Below are positions 20,529 through 32,046 of a stretch of 64,000 nt of DNA, in pieces. The notes under the pieces are model-generated. The model worked only from the letters and a program-made list of their open reading frames with translations, was not told where the DNA came from and made no database searches. The first letter of the stretch is position 1, and every line of letters starts with the position of its first letter. Origin of the DNA: an uncultured delta proteobacterium (GTDB taxonomy: Bacteria; Desulfobacterota; Binatia; UBA9968); the NCBI GenBank assembly GCA_963727625.1, contig CAVSHR010000002.1, positions 192,001 through 256,000 on the forward strand, written 5' to 3'. The translations under genes were made by a program, and so were the position numbers.

Positions 20529-20725
20529 TTACGCCAGCGGCGGGTTGGCGCGCAGCGTCCAAACGCTGGCATGGTTCGAAAGGCCGATCTTACGACAGTA
20601 TTTAATGATTTTTGGCGCCGACAGCGGCACCAGCATGGAGCGTTGTCCCATCTTTTGGCGGGTTTTGTGAGTCAACTCGGTGCCGATGCCATGGCATTGA
20701 TGCGACGCGCGCACGATAAGCCGCC
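20529..20725 (-). pseudogene. GNAT acetyltransferase C-terminal remnant
   Basis: V-x-x-x-HQ-x-x-GIG-x-EL acetyl-CoA motif and Y-x-KIG; the N-terminus is missing. Confidence 0.6.
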
Positions 20726-20763
20726 CACCGGTTAGAGAGACCGGCGACCATCCTCGGTCAGCG

Positions 20764-21381
20764 CTACTGCGCGATGATGGCTTCGCCGTTGTTGACCGTC
20801 ACTTCGCGAATTTTGGCGGGCAGGTTGAACGGTTCGTCCAGGTTGAAACCATTCGGGCGTTCGGGTGTCCGCGAGAAAAAACTCACGAGCTCCTGCAAGA
20901 CCGGTTTTGGCAACGGCACGCCGAGGATATCCGCGGCGTAAAGTTGAAACCGGCCTTGACCCTCCCGAGTGCTGAGCGTTCCGCTCGCCCTGACCGGCAC
21001 CTGGCCGGAGATATAACTCAACGGATCAAAAAATCCGCCCGAGGCGCGGTGCTGCTTGAATTCATCGATATCGACGAACACGCGGCCGCTGAGTCTGCCG
21101 TCGCCGAGCGGAGTTATTTCCGGATTGGCCAAACCACGCGGAATTTTGTCGCGCAAGTTGAAATTCAGATAGGAGTTGATTTCCAGCTCCGACATCGGCG
21201 TTCGCTTCGGCCTGACCGGAACAGCTGCCCCGTTCTTGGCAATCGCCTCGATTTTTCGCGCCATCGCATCGCCTTGCGCTCTGGAGAGTTGCGCCGCTGC
21301 CGCGACCGAAAGAGCCAAGCTGACGATCGCGAGGGCGAGAAGAATAGCGTTGCGCCGCTTGCGAGTCTTCATCCTGCTCAT
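20764..21381 (-). CDS. Exported hypothetical protein
   Basis: 205-aa ORF with an N-terminal signal or anchor segment; divergent from ilvD. Confidence 0.7.
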   Translation of the reverse strand: MSRMKTRKRRNAILLALAIVSLALSVAAAAQLSRAQGDAMARKIEAIAKNGAAVPVRPKRTPMSELEINSYLNFNLRDKIPRGLANPEITPLGDGRLSGRVFVDIDEFKQHRASGGFFDPLSYISGQVPVRASGTLSTREGQGRFQLYAADILGVPLPKPVLQELVSFFSRTPERPNGFNLDEPFNLPAKIREVTVNNGEAIIAQ

Positions 21382-21488
21382 ACGATAGGGTCTGGCGCGC
21401 AGCGCCGCAATGGACGCGCATCAATTTAGTGAATCTCGCGGTTTTAGCGTCGCTTCGGCGGCAAAATCGGTGTCTTGCAAAACCTGCC

Positions 21489-21528
21489 TTGTCATAGTTA
21501 ATTGACAATAATTCCCAAGCTATTGTCA
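21489..21528. promoter_or_regulatory. Overlapping inverted repeats (putative operator) upstream of ilvD
   Basis: TTGTCA-N8-TGACAA and TGACAATA-N10-TATTGTCA immediately before the AGGAG RBS. Confidence 0.45.
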
Positions 21529-21538
21529 GGAGCAAATC

Positions 21539-23212
21539 ATGGCTGAAAATCTAAAGCCCCGCAGCGGGGTGATCACCAATGGACCGGACCGGGCGCCGAC
21601 AAGAGCGATGCTCAAAGCGGTGGGCTTTTCGGACGAGGACTTGCGCCGTCCGATTGTCGGTGTGGCAAATACCTGGATCGAGATCGGACCATGCAATTAC
21701 CACCTGCGCCGGCTGGCGGCGAAAGTGAAGGAAGGTATCCGCGCCGCCGGCGGCACACCGATGGAGTTCAACACGGTTTCGATCTCCGACGGCATCAGCA
21801 TGGGCGCGGAGGGTATGAAGTGCTCGCTGATCAGCCGCGAGGTGATCGCCGATTCCGTCGAGTTGGTCGCGCGCGGCAATCATTTCGACGCGCTGGTTTG
21901 CTTGTCCGGCTGCGACAAGACCAATCCCGGCGTGGTGATGGCGCTGGCGCGGCTCGATATTCCGGGTCTCGCGCTCTACGGCGGTTCTATCGCTCCCGGC
22001 CATTTGGGCGATAAAGACCTCACGATTCAAGACGTGTTCGAGGCGGTGGGCGCCTATGCCAGCAAGCGCATCGACGCCGAGCAATTTTTGGCCGTGGAAA
22101 ACGCCGCCTGCCCGGGCGCGGGGGCGTGCGGCGGGCAGTTCACCGCCAACACTATGTCGACCGTGCTGGAGTTCCTTGGCATCTCGCCCATGGGCAGCAA
22201 CGGCATTCCCGCCACCGTGGCGGAAAAAGATGAAGCGGCGTTCAACGCCGGCAAGCTGGTCATGGAATTGCTCAAACGCGATTTGAGGCCGTCGCAAATT
22301 CTTACCCGCAAGTCGATCGAGAACGCCATCGCATCCGTCGCCGCCACCGGCGGTTCGACCAATGCGGTGCTGCATTTGCTCGCGATCGCGCGCGAAGCAG
22401 GCGTGGAACTCAACATCGACGATTTTGACCGGATCAGCGAGCGCACGCCGCTGATCGCCGATCTCAAGCCGGGCGGACGATTCGTCGCCAATGATCTTTA
22501 CAAAGCCGGCGGTATTCAACTGGTCGCCAAACGTTTGGTCGACGCCGGACTGATTCACGGCGATGCGATGACGGTTACGGGCAAGACCATCGCCGAAGCC
22601 GCGCAGATGACCAAAGAAACGGCGGGGCAGGAAGTGGTGCGGCCGATAACCGAGCCGCTCAAAGCCACCGGCGGTCTGGTGATCCTCAAAGGCAACTTGG
22701 CTCCGGAAGGCTGCGTGATCAAAGTCGCCGGTCACGAGCGCATGACTCACAAAGGGCCGGCGCGGGTGTTCGATCGCGAAGAAGATGCCTTCGCCGCGGT
22801 GCAGGCTGGCAAGATCAAAGACAACGACGTGGTTGTGATCCGCTACGAGGGACCCAAGGGCGGGCCGGGCATGCGCGAAATGCTCGGCGTCACCGCCGCC
22901 TTGGTGGGCGCCGGACTCGGCGACTCGGTTGCGCTGCTCACCGACGGCCGCTTCTCCGGTGCAACCCATGGATTGATGGCCGGTCATGTCGCCCCCGAAG
23001 CCGCGCACGGCGGACCGATCGCGGCGGTGCGCGACGGTGATACCATCGTTTTCGATGTCAAAGCGCGCCGCTTGGACTTGGAGATCCCGGAGCAGGAACT
23101 AAAAACGCGGCTGAGCCAGTGGAAAGCGCCGGAGCCACGCTACAAAACCGGAGTCATGGCGAAATACGCCAAGTTGGTGTCGTCGGCGTCCGAGGGTGCG
23201 GTGACGCGATGA
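21539..23212 (+). CDS. ilvD: Dihydroxy-acid dehydratase
   Basis: [56 protein letters not shown] and TDGRFSG. Confidence 0.97.
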   Translation: MAENLKPRSGVITNGPDRAPTRAMLKAVGFSDEDLRRPIVGVANTWIEIGPCNYHLRRLAAKVKEGIRAAGGTPMEFNTVSISDGISMGAEGMKCSLISREVIADSVELVARGNHFDALVCLSGCDKTNPGVVMALARLDIPGLALYGGSIAPGHLGDKDLTIQDVFEAVGAYASKRIDAEQFLAVENAACPGAGACGGQFTANTMSTVLEFLGISPMGSNGIPATVAEKDEAAFNAGKLVMELLKRDLRPSQILTRKSIENAIASVAATGGSTNAVLHLLAIAREAGVELNIDDFDRISERTPLIADLKPGGRFVANDLYKAGGIQLVAKRLVDAGLIHGDAMTVTGKTIAEAAQMTKETAGQEVVRPITEPLKATGGLVILKGNLAPEGCVIKVAGHERMTHKGPARVFDREEDAFAAVQAGKIKDNDVVVIRYEGPKGGPGMREMLGVTAALVGAGLGDSVALLTDGRFSGATHGLMAGHVAPEAAHGGPIAAVRDGDTIVFDVKARRLDLEIPEQELKTRLSQWKAPEPRYKTGVMAKYAKLVSSASEGAVTR

Positions 23213-23264
23213 TTCGGCGAAAGTAATTCGTTCCAACGTTCGAGGGTTCAAGAGTTCAATTCGG

Positions 23265-23294
23265 AAAAGGGAGGCGACGGGCCTCCCTTTTTTT
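23265..23294 (+). terminator. Rho-independent terminator (potentially bidirectional)
   Basis: AAAAGGGAGGC-gacgg-GCCTCCCTTTTTTT after ilvD. Confidence 0.85.
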
Positions 23295-23387
23295 ATCGCT
23301 CAATTGACAGTTCCCTGCTGATTTCGATAGTGTTCGGCGGAGCTGAAGCCGAATTAACCATTCGCAATCCAACGAGGAGAATTTTCC

Positions 23388-24467
23388 ATGAGCCTCGACT
23401 ACGTGAGCAATCAAGAGATCATTCAGGCGGCGCGGCGAAATCTGCCGCAGGACGTGTGGGATTATCTGACCGGCGGCGCGGAATCGGAAACGACCATGCG
23501 GCGCAATCGTCTTGGCTTCGACAGCCTCGGCTTGCGGCCGCGTGTGCTGGTGGATGTTTCAAAGGTGGATACCTCGACGACGTTTCTGGGCCAGAAGTTG
23601 CGCATTCCGGTGATGATGGCGCCCATCGGCTCATTGCAAACGATCACGCCCGAAGGCGGCGTTGCCGTGGCAAAAGCGGCGGCGGAGTTCGGCACCATGA
23701 ACTTTCGTCAGCTCCGTCACTCAGCCGACTCTGGAGGAAATCGCCGCGGCACCAACCATCCGAAAATATTTCAGCTCTACATCCGCGGCGGCTTAGACTG
23801 GTGCGCTGAAATCATCGACCGGGTAAAAAAGGCCGGCTACCTGGCGCTCTGCCTCACCGTCGACACGGCGCACTACAGCCGGCGTGAGCGACCGTTGCTC
23901 AATCGCTGGCAGCCGCCGAGTCGGCACCGGGAGGCCGGGCGCATCTATCAAGCGATGCTCACCTGGGAGATGGCTGTGGCAATGAAAAAAATCGCCGGCA
24001 TGCCGCTGATCATCAAAGGCATCGCCACAGCGGAGGACGCGAAGATCGCCGTGGAGTCCGGCGTCGACGTTATCTATGTTTCTAACCACGGCGGACGGCA
24101 ACTGGACCATGGACTAGGGACCATCGACACGCTGCCAGAAATTGTTGAGGCCGTTGGCGGCAAGGCTGAGATCGTGCTCGACGGCGGCGTGACCCGCGGC
24201 ACTGATGTCGTTAAAGCTTTAGCCCTCGGCGCCAAGGCGGTGACCATCGGAAAATTGCAGGGATGGGGTCTCGGTGCCGGCGGCAAAGACGGCTTGATGA
24301 AGGTGCTCGAGTTGCTCGAAGAAGAAATCACGGTGGACATGGCCTTACTCGGCGTGACCCGTGTCGATCAGATTACTTCCAACTACGTTTGCAAGGCGCC
24401 GCCGGTTACCTTCGCCCATGAGATGAGCGCCTTCGTGCATATCCCCGGCACCGGCCAACTACGCTGA
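23388..24467 (+). CDS. FMN-dependent alpha-hydroxy-acid oxidase/dehydrogenase
   Basis: WDYLTGGAESE, FQLY, LTVD, IIKGI, SNHGGRQLD and DGG..RGTDVVKALALGA. Compensating +1/-1 indels at about 23703-23748. Confidence 0.93.
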   Translation: MSLDYVSNQEIIQAARRNLPQDVWDYLTGGAESETTMRRNRLGFDSLGLRPRVLVDVSKVDTSTTFLGQKLRIPVMMAPIGSLQTITPEGGVAVAKAAAEFGTMNFRQLRHSADSGGNRRGTNHPKIFQLYIRGGLDWCAEIIDRVKKAGYLALCLTVDTAHYSRRERPLLNRWQPPSRHREAGRIYQAMLTWEMAVAMKKIAGMPLIIKGIATAEDAKIAVESGVDVIYVSNHGGRQLDHGLGTIDTLPEIVEAVGGKAEIVLDGGVTRGTDVVKALALGAKAVTIGKLQGWGLGAGGKDGLMKVLELLEEEITVDMALLGVTRVDQITSNYVCKAPPVTFAHEMSAFVHIPGTGQLR

Positions 24468-24741
24468 GGCGGAGCGGTATCGTTGACCGGGTTGTGGCAT
24501 AGCCAACGCTATAATGACGCCGCGTGGGTCCCAGCGAAATTGGCGTTTGTATAACAGGGATATAGTGATTCGATTTCTAAAGGTCGCCACACCACCTTGA
24601 TTGCTCCGACCTTGAGTGCCGAATTTTTGCTGAGTTCTCGCGAAGTTCATCGACCGCCTCTTAGCGCAGGGGTAGCTTTTTACTCTTCATCTGCATAACT
24701 TGGGGCCGCGATTGCCTATTGACTTATACGACTTCGGGCGT

Positions 24742-25014
24742 CTAGGCGACGTCGAGTAGAGCGCGTGGATTTTTGCTCGCGATCACGAGCAAAGTTCTTG
24801 CTGCGCCCGACGGGGCTCGGCGACCCTGCTCCCAATCTTGCAGAGTACGAACCGAAACACCGAGTAACTGGGCAAATCGTGCTTGAGAAAGCTCGGTCTT
24901 CTCGCGAATGCTTGCGATGTCGGGAACATTGATGACACGCCCGTGGTCACCGCGCTTGATTTCGCGGAGGCCATCGAGGATCTCTTGTCCGATATTCCGT
25001 TTGGTTTTAGCCAT
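24742..25014 (-). CDS. HigA/NadS-like XRE-HTH antitoxin
   Basis: LSQARFAQLLGVSVRTLQDWEQGRRAPSGAARTLL. Confidence 0.88.
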   Translation of the reverse strand: MAKTKRNIGQEILDGLREIKRGDHGRVINVPDIASIREKTELSQARFAQLLGVSVRTLQDWEQGRRAPSGAARTLLVIASKNPRALLDVA

Positions 25015-25320
25015 CTTCGACTTCCTTTCGAATTTGCCGCAACACATGGGCTGGGATGCTCTCGGCAACATTTTTTGGATATATCGTGAGCCTCCAGATT
25101 AACCCTTGTTTCATCTTGACGTAGTAATCACTCGATACCCGCCGCGTTTGCCGCGACCAGCAGCGCGCCAGCGAAGCTTCCGTAAGCCTCCCGAGCCGGG
25201 CACGATATCACCGGATGCAGGTCTGCGAATCAACTCATCTTGCAGGGCGCGATATTCATCATCGCCCAGATATTCTTGAACCAGACGAGTAAACAACCGA
25301 GTCTCAATAAAACTGAACAC
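25007..25320 (-). CDS. RelE/HigB2-family toxin (1-bp deletion near 25125)
   Basis: FIET..F, GSGGLRKLRW..GRGKRGGYRVI, continuing after one missing T as YYVKM..IWRLTIYPKN..EVEDG*, which overlaps the antitoxin ATG. Confidence 0.85.
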
Positions 25321-25326
25321 TTAAAG

Positions 25327-25355
25327 AATATACGGCGCTGCCGTATATTGGTCAA
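25327..25355 (-). promoter_or_regulatory. Sigma70 promoter with overlapping palindromic operator for higBA
   Basis: Minus strand TTGACC-N17-TATATT; perfect inverted repeat AATATACGGC-GCT-GCCGTATATT at 25327-25349. Confidence 0.75.
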
Positions 25356-25482
25356 GGGCTCGACAGTCGCCTTGGAGGGAATTGGGAATTGCCCAAGTAT
25401 TGAGTGTTCGTAACGCACTTTATCCACCCGCCGCTCACAGACGGCAAGATTAATAGAGCAGTGTTTAAGAATTGGCCAGTGT

Positions 25483-26465
25483 TTACGGATAAAGTTCCGT
25501 GGGTTGAGTTTGCACTTTTTCCAATTGCAGCGCGAGCCCTTCGATTTGCTCCTGCCAATAGTGCTCGGTGCCGAAGTCGGGAAACGCCATTTGGAAAGCG
25601 CTGTCTTCCCAGCGGCGCGCGATCCACGCGGAAAAGTGAATCATGCGAAGCGCCCGCAGCGGCTCGATGAGCTGCATCGTCGTCATGTCGAAAGTTCGGA
25701 ACTCTTCGTACGCTTCGAGCAGGATCTCCCTTCGCTCTTTGCCGTACGCGTCGTCTCCGCCGGTGAGCATCCAGATGTCTTGAACGGCAGGCGCGTAGAG
25801 CATGTCGTCGAAATCGATGAAGTACGGATCGTCTCGATTCCACAAAATATTTCCGCAGTGGCAATCGCCATGGAGAGAACGTATTCGACGTCCTCGAAAC
25901 GAGGGATCATCGCGTCGCAAATTTGCGTTACGATCGTTTCGAAGCGACTGGCGAGCTGCATCGGAATGAAGTTTCCGTCTATTAAGAACTTTAAAGGGTC
26001 TCGCCCATAAGTTTGAGGATCAAGCCGTAATCGAGGGGCGGCTTTTACCGTTGCCCCGACGTTATGAAGGCGAGCCATGAACCTTCCCAGGCGCGTGAGC
26101 TGTTCCGTAGTCAGTTCCGCCTCGAGTCGCCCCGGACGCTTCGGGAAGATGGTGAACATGACTTCATTGATCTCGAAAATACTCTGTCCCTGGTCGTCGG
26201 CGAGCGGGCAGACCACCGGGATTTCGTGTTCTTCGAGGGATTTGAGAAAGTCGTGCTCGGCCTGAATCGTGGCGCGGCTCCAGCGGCCGGGGCGGTAAAA
26301 TTTGATGACGACGTGCGGGCCTTCTTCCATCTCGATGTCGTAGACGCGGTTTTCCAGCGCATTGAGCGCGTAGATTCGGCCGGTGCAGCGCCCGCCCAAT
26401 GTCTCGGCGGCGTCGAAAATAGCCTCGGGAAGAATCTGCAAGAAGTTGTCTAACATAGACTTCAT
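25483..26465 (-). CDS. srkA: Stress response Ser/Thr kinase SrkA/RdoA (frameshift near 25880)
   Basis: ALNALENRVY, KFYRPGRWS..I..EH, LHGDCHCGNILW, DFDD..APAVQDIWM and ARRWEDSAF..FP.FG. Confidence 0.88.
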
Positions 26466-26589
26466 CCTAGACGAGCGCTGATGCCTTGTACACTGCGGCG
26501 GGCGGGGCCTGAGTTTTTCTGCGTATGATGGGCGACTCGGCGGTGCGGATCCCTGCGGATTCAGGTCGCCGTGGAGCCGAGTCTCCAGC

Positions 26590-26821
26590 CTAAGGGCTGC
26601 CAAAGCCTTGGAGTTTTCCGTCGGGTGTTCTAACGACATGCTTTAGCGGCGCCCCCGAAAGATAGCGGCGCGTATTGTCGCGAAATAGCTCGGCCATCCG
26701 GCGCCACAATCCCCGCCCGCCCACATGGGGCGTCATCAGCAGGTTGGGGAGATCCCAGAGCGGGCTCGCCGCAGGCAACGGTTCTTGGGCGAAGGCGTCG
26801 AGCCCGGCCGCATTGATGCGG
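26590..26821 (-). repeat. Duplicated 3' end of the D-2-hydroxyacid dehydrogenase (direct repeat of about 30299-30540)
   Basis: Near-identical DNA (GATAGCGGCGCGTATTGTCGCGAAATAGCTCGGCCATCCGGCGCCACAAT etc.) encoding AGLDAFAQEPLPAASPLWDLPNLLMTPHVGG...LSGAPL. Confidence 0.92.
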
Positions 26822-26925
26822 CCATCGTCAGGAATCTCGTTACAGGATTATTTTAGCTTCAGGTAGCTGCTAAATTCCTATGGTAGACCCTCATCACGTG
26901 ACCTTCGCCAAGGAAGGCAGCGTGT

Positions 26926-29638
26926 TCACGAAGCGCATGGTGGTGAGCTGACTTTGTTTTTCTCCCGTAATCGCTCGCGCAGCAAGGCTCCCAGCACCTT
27001 GGCGTTTTCACCGCTCAACATATCTCCAGAGTCTTTACCCGGGACTTGATGCAGTTCAGCTCTGCCGTCCCATAAGGTCGCCCAGTCGAAGTTCTCCAAT
27101 TTGATCTTGCGCGGATGTTCGGATACGAAGATTTCCAATGCTCTTAACCGACCTTTGAGCTTCTTCGGTTGGTGATTTCGCCCCGCTCTTCTACTCGCAT
27201 TAAACACCGCCAGTTGGTGCCTTTCTCGATGAAGCGCTCGGCGCCCTTTACTATCTGTAAGCGTTCGAGCTAGAGATCTGGCTTTTTGGGTGAGGAATTT
27301 GACCCGCTCGAAATTATTTAGACCCCGCATCTCATCGAGATACAATTGCATGCGAGTAGAGAGGAAACCGCCCGGCTGCTCCTGATTCGAGTTTTTGGTT
27401 TCGGAGGGCCCGGGGCTCTGGTTTCGCACAAGTCCGATCGGATCCAGCAATCCGAGAAAACCAATCTCTTCACCCGCTTCGAGCAGTTGGTGGGCCATCT
27501 CGAAGGTTACCCGCGCACCAAAGCAAGCACCGATCAGGATGTAAGGGCCGTGCGGTTCACTGTCGGACTTCGGTGGAAAGCGCTCGGCCATGGCCTCCAC
27601 GCTATCGATGGCACGTTCTTGGCCGTCCAATCCAACCGACTGCAACCCGTAAAAGGGCCGGTCTTTGCCGAGCTCCCGGCAAAGGTCGAAGAACCCGACA
27701 ACGTTACCGTAAACTCCGGGCACCGCAAAGATCGGGGGCTGTTCGCCTGCTTGGGTAAACGGCACTAGCGCCGAGATCTTCTCGGGCTCTGCGGCACTGC
27801 GGAAATGAATGGCCAACAATCCTATGGTCGGGGAATCCACGAGCACGCTAAGCGGCAACAAACGGCCGAATTCGTCATCTAGCCGGGTGAACAATTGAGA
27901 GGCTAAGAGGGAATGACCTCCGAGATCGAAAAAGTTGTCGTCGATGCCGACAGGAATTGTTACACATCAAGTGTTTAAAACCAGATATTAACGAGTCGTT
28001 TCTCGATTTCATTGCCGGCCTCAACATATGCCTTTCCTAATTCCGGCCGGCGGCGGTCTGGTTTAGGCAGCGCTCTGCGATCCAGCTTGCCGTTTGTCAA
28101 TGGCAAGGATTCCATAAATACAAACGCGGACGGTATCATATAGTCGGGCAAGCTTTGTCTCGAAAATAGGCATTGATGTCAGTTACGGTAGGCGCCGGAT
28201 CACCACGAAGAACGACGTAGGCAGTTAGGTACTTGTCTCCGCTTGGACGATCAAACGCCAGGACCGCCGACTGTTTAATTTGCGGATGTTCCGATAGGAC
28301 CGCCTCCACTTCGCCAAACTCGACCTTCGCTCCTCTGATCTTGACTTGGTTGTCTTTGCGACCCAGGTGAAGAAAGCAACCATTTGGTATCATCCGGCCA
28401 AGATCTCCGGATAGATACAGCCGCTCATCGGTATTATCTCTGCTGCGTAAGAATTTCTCGCTCGTAAGTCCCGAGTCGTTCCAATATCCAGTAGATAAAT
28501 AGCGGCTGGCGACGGCGAATTCGCCAATGCAGTTCGTGTCAACTTCATTGCACGCGTCATCAACCAGAAGGACCTTCTTATTGGCAACCGGATAGCCAAC
28601 CGGAACAATCGCGGAATCGATCATTGTGTCTTTTGATATCCAGTATTGACAAATATTCCCCATTTCACTAGCCGACAATTGATTGAGAAGGATGCAGTTT
28701 GGAGCAAAATGCGACTTATAAAGATTAACATCCGCTCTAAACAATGGCTCGCCGCCAAGCTTGATTAAACGAAGATGCGGAAATGTCTCATGTTGCCCAA
28801 GTTCTTGAGCAAAGTAACGGAAAATCGATGGAGTAGCGAGGAAATAGGTAATTTTCTCGGCGCGCAAAAACTCGCCCAGACCCTGAACCCCACGCTCCTT
28901 AATGTCGTAGGGAAATATCGCCGCCCCGGCCATCAAACTCTTGAATGTATCACCGGTATTAAAACTCAAGCGCCGTAGAATGATTAAGCGGTCTTCTGGA
29001 CAAAGAGCAGTGCGATTGCTGAGCGACATGTAGCTGAACAGACTTCGGCGATGGTTACGAATTACTCCTTTTGGCCGTCCACTCGAACCCGATGTGTACC
29101 GAATGATCGCCGGATCGTCAGGTGCGCGTTTTAGGCTCAGGTTGTCGATGGAAATGTCGCTACCCAGTGCATCGACGTTGATCATCGAGCGATTTCGATT
29201 TACCAGATGAGCGGCGATTTTAATGTTATCACCGTATGTAAGAACAGCCTCCGCTCTTGAATCATCAGTCATGAACTTCAATCGATCGATCGGAAACGAC
29301 GGGTCCGCTGCGACCATGATTTTTCCCGCCTTCAAAGCTCCGAGACATGCTATGATTGCCTCTGGGCGGTGGTCGGTCAGTACCATCACGGGACTTAGGT
29401 TATCGCCGCAATTTTGGAGGATTGCACGAGCAACGCGATTAGCAGCGCGGTTTAGCTCGTCATAGGTTAACGCGATATTCCTAGCCTTCAGTGACAAGCA
29501 ATTCCCGTAAAGTTGCACGATTTTCTCAAACCTTGCTGGAATTGATGCCTCGACATCCTCTTTGGGAAACTCGACAAACGTTCCGGAGGGGTGAAAACAC
29601 TTGGCTCGTGTAGCTACTTGTTCTGGCGGTAAATTCAC
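26926..29638 (-). CDS. NRPS-like adenylation-thiolation-thioesterase protein (indels and stops at about 27950-28160)
   Basis: A domain [33 protein letters not shown]; T domain [12 protein letters not shown]; TE domain [11 protein letters not shown]. Confidence 0.85.
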
Positions 29639-30298
29639 GCTGCGAACCTCACCGACAAAAACATTTATGTTCCGGTTGTGCGACCATGACCTAAATGGGA
29701 TTTTTACACGACTCTCCTGCCGACATGCAAGGCTAGAAACTGCAAGCCGATTGCGCCTTAGAATTAAAGTAGTTTGTGGGAATTCGCGGTTAAAAAACCG
29801 TCTTGAGAACTTGCGAAGGAAGAGTCCGGAGTCATGGAAAACCCCGAAAACTCAGAAATTGTGACACCGCTCCGGGGATCACCCATCAGATTCAAGGCCT
29901 CGGAGCTATTCCCATCGCGAGGGGAGATTTGGCGTCGATCCTGCGAGTTGACTTATGGAGGGTTCCTAGCTGGATTGGTCCAACCGCCGCGAAATTCTTT
30001 TGATGCGTGATTTTCAAAGTGGTGTCATTTAAATCGACCAGCGACTGAGGCTTGATCAAGGCTAGGGTTTTTCCAGCTGTTTCCAGGTTTCGAAGTTAAC
30101 CCGATACCGGCGGCAGAAATGGTTACGATAACTTATTCTCCGACACAAAACCTTGTTCAGCCCAGCCTCGGCCCTGGTAGTCGCTCCCGATCATGTGGCG
30201 CAGCTCGTCACGACTCAATACGATGGCCGCGCCAACGCCGGTAGGGAGCGTTGCGCTCAGCGAATGCTCCGGGAGCCAGTCATCTTTGAGTCGCCAGC

Positions 30299-31301
30299 CT
30301 ATGGATTTCCATAGTCGTTAAGCATCCCATCGGGTGTTCTGACGACGTGATTTGAGGGGCGCGCCCGAAAGATAGCGGCGCGTATTGTCGCGAAATAGCT
30401 CGGCCATCCGGCGCCACAATTCCCGCCCGCCTTGCCCGCCGACATGGGGCGTCATCAGCAGGTTGGGGAGATCCCAGAGCGGGCTCGCCGCCGGCAACGG
30501 TTCCTGGGCGAAGGCGTCGAGCCCGGCACCCATGATGCGCCCCTCGGCGAGAGCGCGCGCCAGCGCCGCTTCGTCGACCACCTTGCCGCGCGAGATATTC
30601 ACGAGGACCGCCGTCTCTTTCATGCTGGCGATCCGTTCAGCGCTCAGAAATCCCCGAGTGCTGTCGTCGAGCGGCATCGCCACCATGACCACATCCGCCG
30701 AGGGGAGAACTTCATCCACCTTTTCCCTGGGTACCACGCGGTCGATCTCGGGCGCGGCGGGGACGGGGGCGCGGGTGACGCAGATCACTTCCATGTCGAA
30801 TGCCTTGGCCTTGCGCGCGATGTCCTGGCCGATGCGGCCCATGCCGAGGATCACCATGCACAGTCCGTCGGGTGCGATCATGAAGTGGCCCATTGCCTCC
30901 CGCGCGTAATTCCGCTTGGCGCGCAGCGGCTCGAACCGGCGAAAGCCGCGCATCACGCCGAGCATCAGCGCGATGGCGTGCCCCGCCAGCACACTCTGAC
31001 TGACGCCGCCGGAGTTGGTGATCCAGACACCGTCGGGCAGCCCCACCCTCAATGCGACATCGATGCCGACGGTGGTGAACTGAATCCATTTGAGGGCTCG
31101 CCCCTGGTCGCGCACCAGCTTGGCGAACTCGGGGGTGAAAGCGGAATTATAGGCTACGAGCACTTCCGCGCCGTCGAGCGCTTCGGCCAGGAACTCCAAG
31201 CTATCGGCCTTGACCGCCTCGACCTCGGGAAATTCCCGCAGGAAAGCGTCATCCACTAAATCGTGGGTGGCGCGCACATACTGGACAATGCGAAGTGTCA
31301 T
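30299..31301 (-). CDS. D-2-hydroxyacid dehydrogenase (NAD-binding)
   Basis: GMGRIG, NISRGKVVDE, AGLDAF..EPLP and TPHVGG. Removing one A at about 30352 restores the tail LNHVVRTPDGMLNDYGNP*, matching the duplicated copy. Confidence 0.9.
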
Positions 31302-31559
31302 AGCGGGCCCTCCCTGGTCTCGGTACGCGGGAACGCCCGGTCACGAATTAGATTTTTATACACACTTTTCTCGAATACAGATCGATGCGCGCCCATAAAT
31401 ATAGCCATACAACCGCTGTGGCAACGAACCTGCTGTCGCGTACCCAGGCTCGATTCGTTTTACCCACTTCAAATCGCTGGTCGAACCTCTTCTCGGCAGG
31501 AACAACACCCTCGCGGGACATGGTATTAATGCGAAACGACCGCTTACGCCGTGTTTCGA

Positions 31560-32042
31560 TTGCCGCTGCACGGCGCGGGGAGTCGTGGAGACGTCGCGCC
31601 GGAGGTCAGAAAAAGTCTGCCCTTCACGGCCGCGGCTTGTGCGCGCCGAGCACCATGTCTGTGTCGGAGAGCCCATCAGCGCAGTCGTGGAAGGATTGCG
31701 CTCTAGCAGGATGGTGGTTTTCTTGCGCAGGACTTCGGGTCGGCTCTCGCCGTCTTCGAGTGTTAGGCGGATCTGCCGTCCGAGCACGCCGCCGTGCCGG
31801 TCGATCTCTGACACTGCCAGTCGAGCGCCTCGGGAGGAGGGAACGCCGATTTCCCACTGGAACCCGGTAAGCTCATAAAGCGCGCCCAGAACGATAGGTG
31901 CAGGTTTGATGGGCTGGCCAGCGTGAGCTAATCCCGGCAAGCTCAAGACGATACAGGCCAAGAGATATGGAAGAAACGCCCGCCGTGTCGCGGCCCGCCC
32001 GCAGCAGCGAAGAGAAAATAGCGATGGCCGGTCCGTGGTCAT
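31560..32042 (-). pseudogene. LivJ-like ABC substrate-binding protein, N-terminal part only
   Basis: Signal peptide, IVLGALYELTG and GARLAVSEIDRHGGVLGRQIRL..EDGES; homology is lost after about 150 codons. Confidence 0.7.
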
Positions 32043-32046
32043 GATC

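Noticed and set aside
21551-23008. 485-aa ORF antisense to ilvD
   Set aside because: Shadow ORF typical of GC-rich codon bias; no motifs, and it fully overlaps a certain gene. The same applies to most other long antisense ORFs in the track.
21539-23212. Functional link between ilvD and the acetolactate-decarboxylase-like domains
   Set aside because: About 19 kb apart and separated by unrelated genes and IS elements; fold similarity does not imply acetolactate is the substrate.
31419-31434. Sigma54-like TGGCAA-N5-CTGCT motif
   Set aside because: GG-N10-GC spacing is correct, but it is on the + strand with no downstream + strand gene.
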